From Octopus sinensis (lineage: Eukaryota), in contig NW_021827693.1 of the NCBI RefSeq assembly GCF_006345805.1, positions 1 to 10,017 of the forward strand: a stretch of 10,017 bases of DNA, written 5' to 3'. A program made the translations under genes and the position numbers. Positions within the stretch are counted from its first letter, which is position 1. The number at the start of each line of letters is the position of its first letter. Shown piece by piece: positions 8,733-10,017 of the stretch. Under the pieces are notes generated by a model. That model did not search any database, had not been told where the DNA came from, and saw only the letters and a list, made by a program, of their open reading frames with translations.

Positions 8733-8887
8733 CTTACTCTTTTACTTGTTTCAGTCATTTGACTGCGGCCATGCTGGAGCACCGTCTTTAGTCGGGCAAA
8801 TCGACCTCAGGACTTATTCTTTGTAAGCCTAGTTTTTATTCTATCAGTCTCTTTTGCCGAACCACTAAGTGACGGGGACGTAAACAC
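8733..8887 (-). mobile_element. 3' half of the CORE-type SINE family
   Basis: CTCTTTTACTTGTTTCAGTCATTTGACTGCGGCCATGCTGGAGCACCG...CTTTTGCCGAACCACTAAGTGACGGGGACGTAAACAC, homologous to 819..977; hairpin CAGTC-ATTT-GACTG (8752..8765). Confidence 0.9.
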
Positions 8888-8897
8888 GGGGAAGAAA

Positions 8898-9113
8898 GTT
8901 GGCGAGCTTGCAGCATCACCAGCGCGTCGGACAAAATGCTTAGCGGTATTTCGTCCGTCTTTAAGTCCGAAGTTCAAATTCCGATGAGGACGACTTAGTC
9001 ATTTATCCTTTCGGGATCGATAAAATAAGTACCAGCTGAGAACAGGGGTCGATGTGCTTGATCATCCCATTCCACAAAATTTCAGGCCTTGTGTCGGTTG
9101 TAGAAAAGATTAA
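8898..9113 (+). mobile_element. Full-length diverged GGCGGCGAGC-family SINE with an alternative tail
   Basis: GGCGAGCTTGCAGCATC...ACAAAATGCTTAGCGGTATTTCGTCCGTC...GTTCAAATTCC...GATAAAATAAGTACCAG...GGGGTCGATG is colinear with 3861..4026; tail CACAAAATTTCAGGCCTTGTG... differs. Confidence 0.85.
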
Positions 9114-10017
9114 TGTATTCCAAACTACACTAACTAACGTTTCTTTTCTTTCTGAAGATCGTATGGTGTTATTTGAGAAATATTTGGTTGCTATTTCTAG
9201 CAGGTCATCGTGTAGAGAAATATTTTGATGACATGTGGGCGTTTATTTAGACCGAATGCATTGGCAAACAGAGATCGAAGGTGTCAATTTTCTTCTCTTA
9301 CCATCTCACTGACACTCTCTTCTATCTCACACCATTTCTCTTTACTTCTCAAGCATAATCGTTGTCCATTTTACAGACGATATTATCTATTATATTCGCC
9401 CATTTTCTTTCTCTTTATTACTATTTGGTCAATTACAGCAAATGAAGAAATAATAACACATAAGGACATTATAAGAGCAATATCTCAACAAAATTGTTTT
9501 TAGACTTTTATTTTCTCATCATCAGTATCCTCAATTCCCCAAGCTGTTCACTTGATTACTTTAGCGAATAATTTTTTTTCTCAATGCATGACTGAATCTG
9601 CTTGCTCATGCAATGCGAAATAATATGTATATAGGCTGTTGCGATAGTGTCTCGTTACAGATATGCACCATGCTTGCATCTATCTGTCTTTCTTTGAATC
9701 ATATTTACAGAACGTGTGGTCTGTGCACTTAGCTGTTTGCACAAGGGGAGATATGACAATCATAAGAACAAGGGGAATCAGAGCTGAAAATTCAGTTATA
9801 AAATTATGTGCCAACATAAACGAATGAACTTTGACTGAACTTCCATTTGATCGGTCAGATCGTTAATGGACCCCTTAAAAATTTTTCTGTGTGTCCTGGA
9901 ATTCTCTCCTCGACCACATTTTTTCCCTCCTGGCGCCAACTTACATAGGTTGAAATCAAACATAAAACGCATTGACGCTTTCACTGCGAAACTAAATTTC
10001 ATTATATTATTCCACGA

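Noticed and set aside
9152-9216. CTGAAGA...GAAA as a hammerhead, or a fragment of a common repeat (GCTATTTCTAGCAGGTC)
   Set aside because: Stem II is weak and stem I does not pair; repeat identity cannot be verified from this window
9500-9524. Minus-strand CTGATGA-TGA-GAAA...GTC as a hammerhead
   Set aside because: No stem II or stem III; a chance match
9690-10002. Possible exon (acceptor TTTACAG near 9709), minus-strand ORF 9796..10002 with GTAAGT at 9944->9939, and a TGGCGCC PBS-like motif at 9931
   Set aside because: No recognisable protein, no paired splice sites and no adjacent LTR end; isolated short motifs are expected by chance

Overview
Repeat-saturated eukaryotic DNA with no intact host gene, rRNA, tRNA or CRISPR array. 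It is intergenic or deep intronic. Microsatellite density and the SINE families suggest a coleoid cephalopod, probably Octopus; this is recognition from memory, not a database result. Contents: (i) two tRNA-derived SINE families (one CORE-type, one 'GGCGGCGAGC'-headed) as full, dimeric and truncated copies; (ii) the 3' end of an L1/Tx1-type LINE (zinc-knuckle remnant, ORF2 C-terminus, 3' UTR) whose last 42 nt match the tail of one SINE; (iii) three, possibly four, minimal type I hammerhead-ribozyme-like motifs of the Penelope-like-element (PLE) kind, each about 60-100 nt upstream of a TA-rich microsatellite, two forming an inverted pair; (iv) many microsatellites. Nearly all track ORFs are microsatellite artefacts. 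The exception is 7820..8089, which is LINE ORF2.
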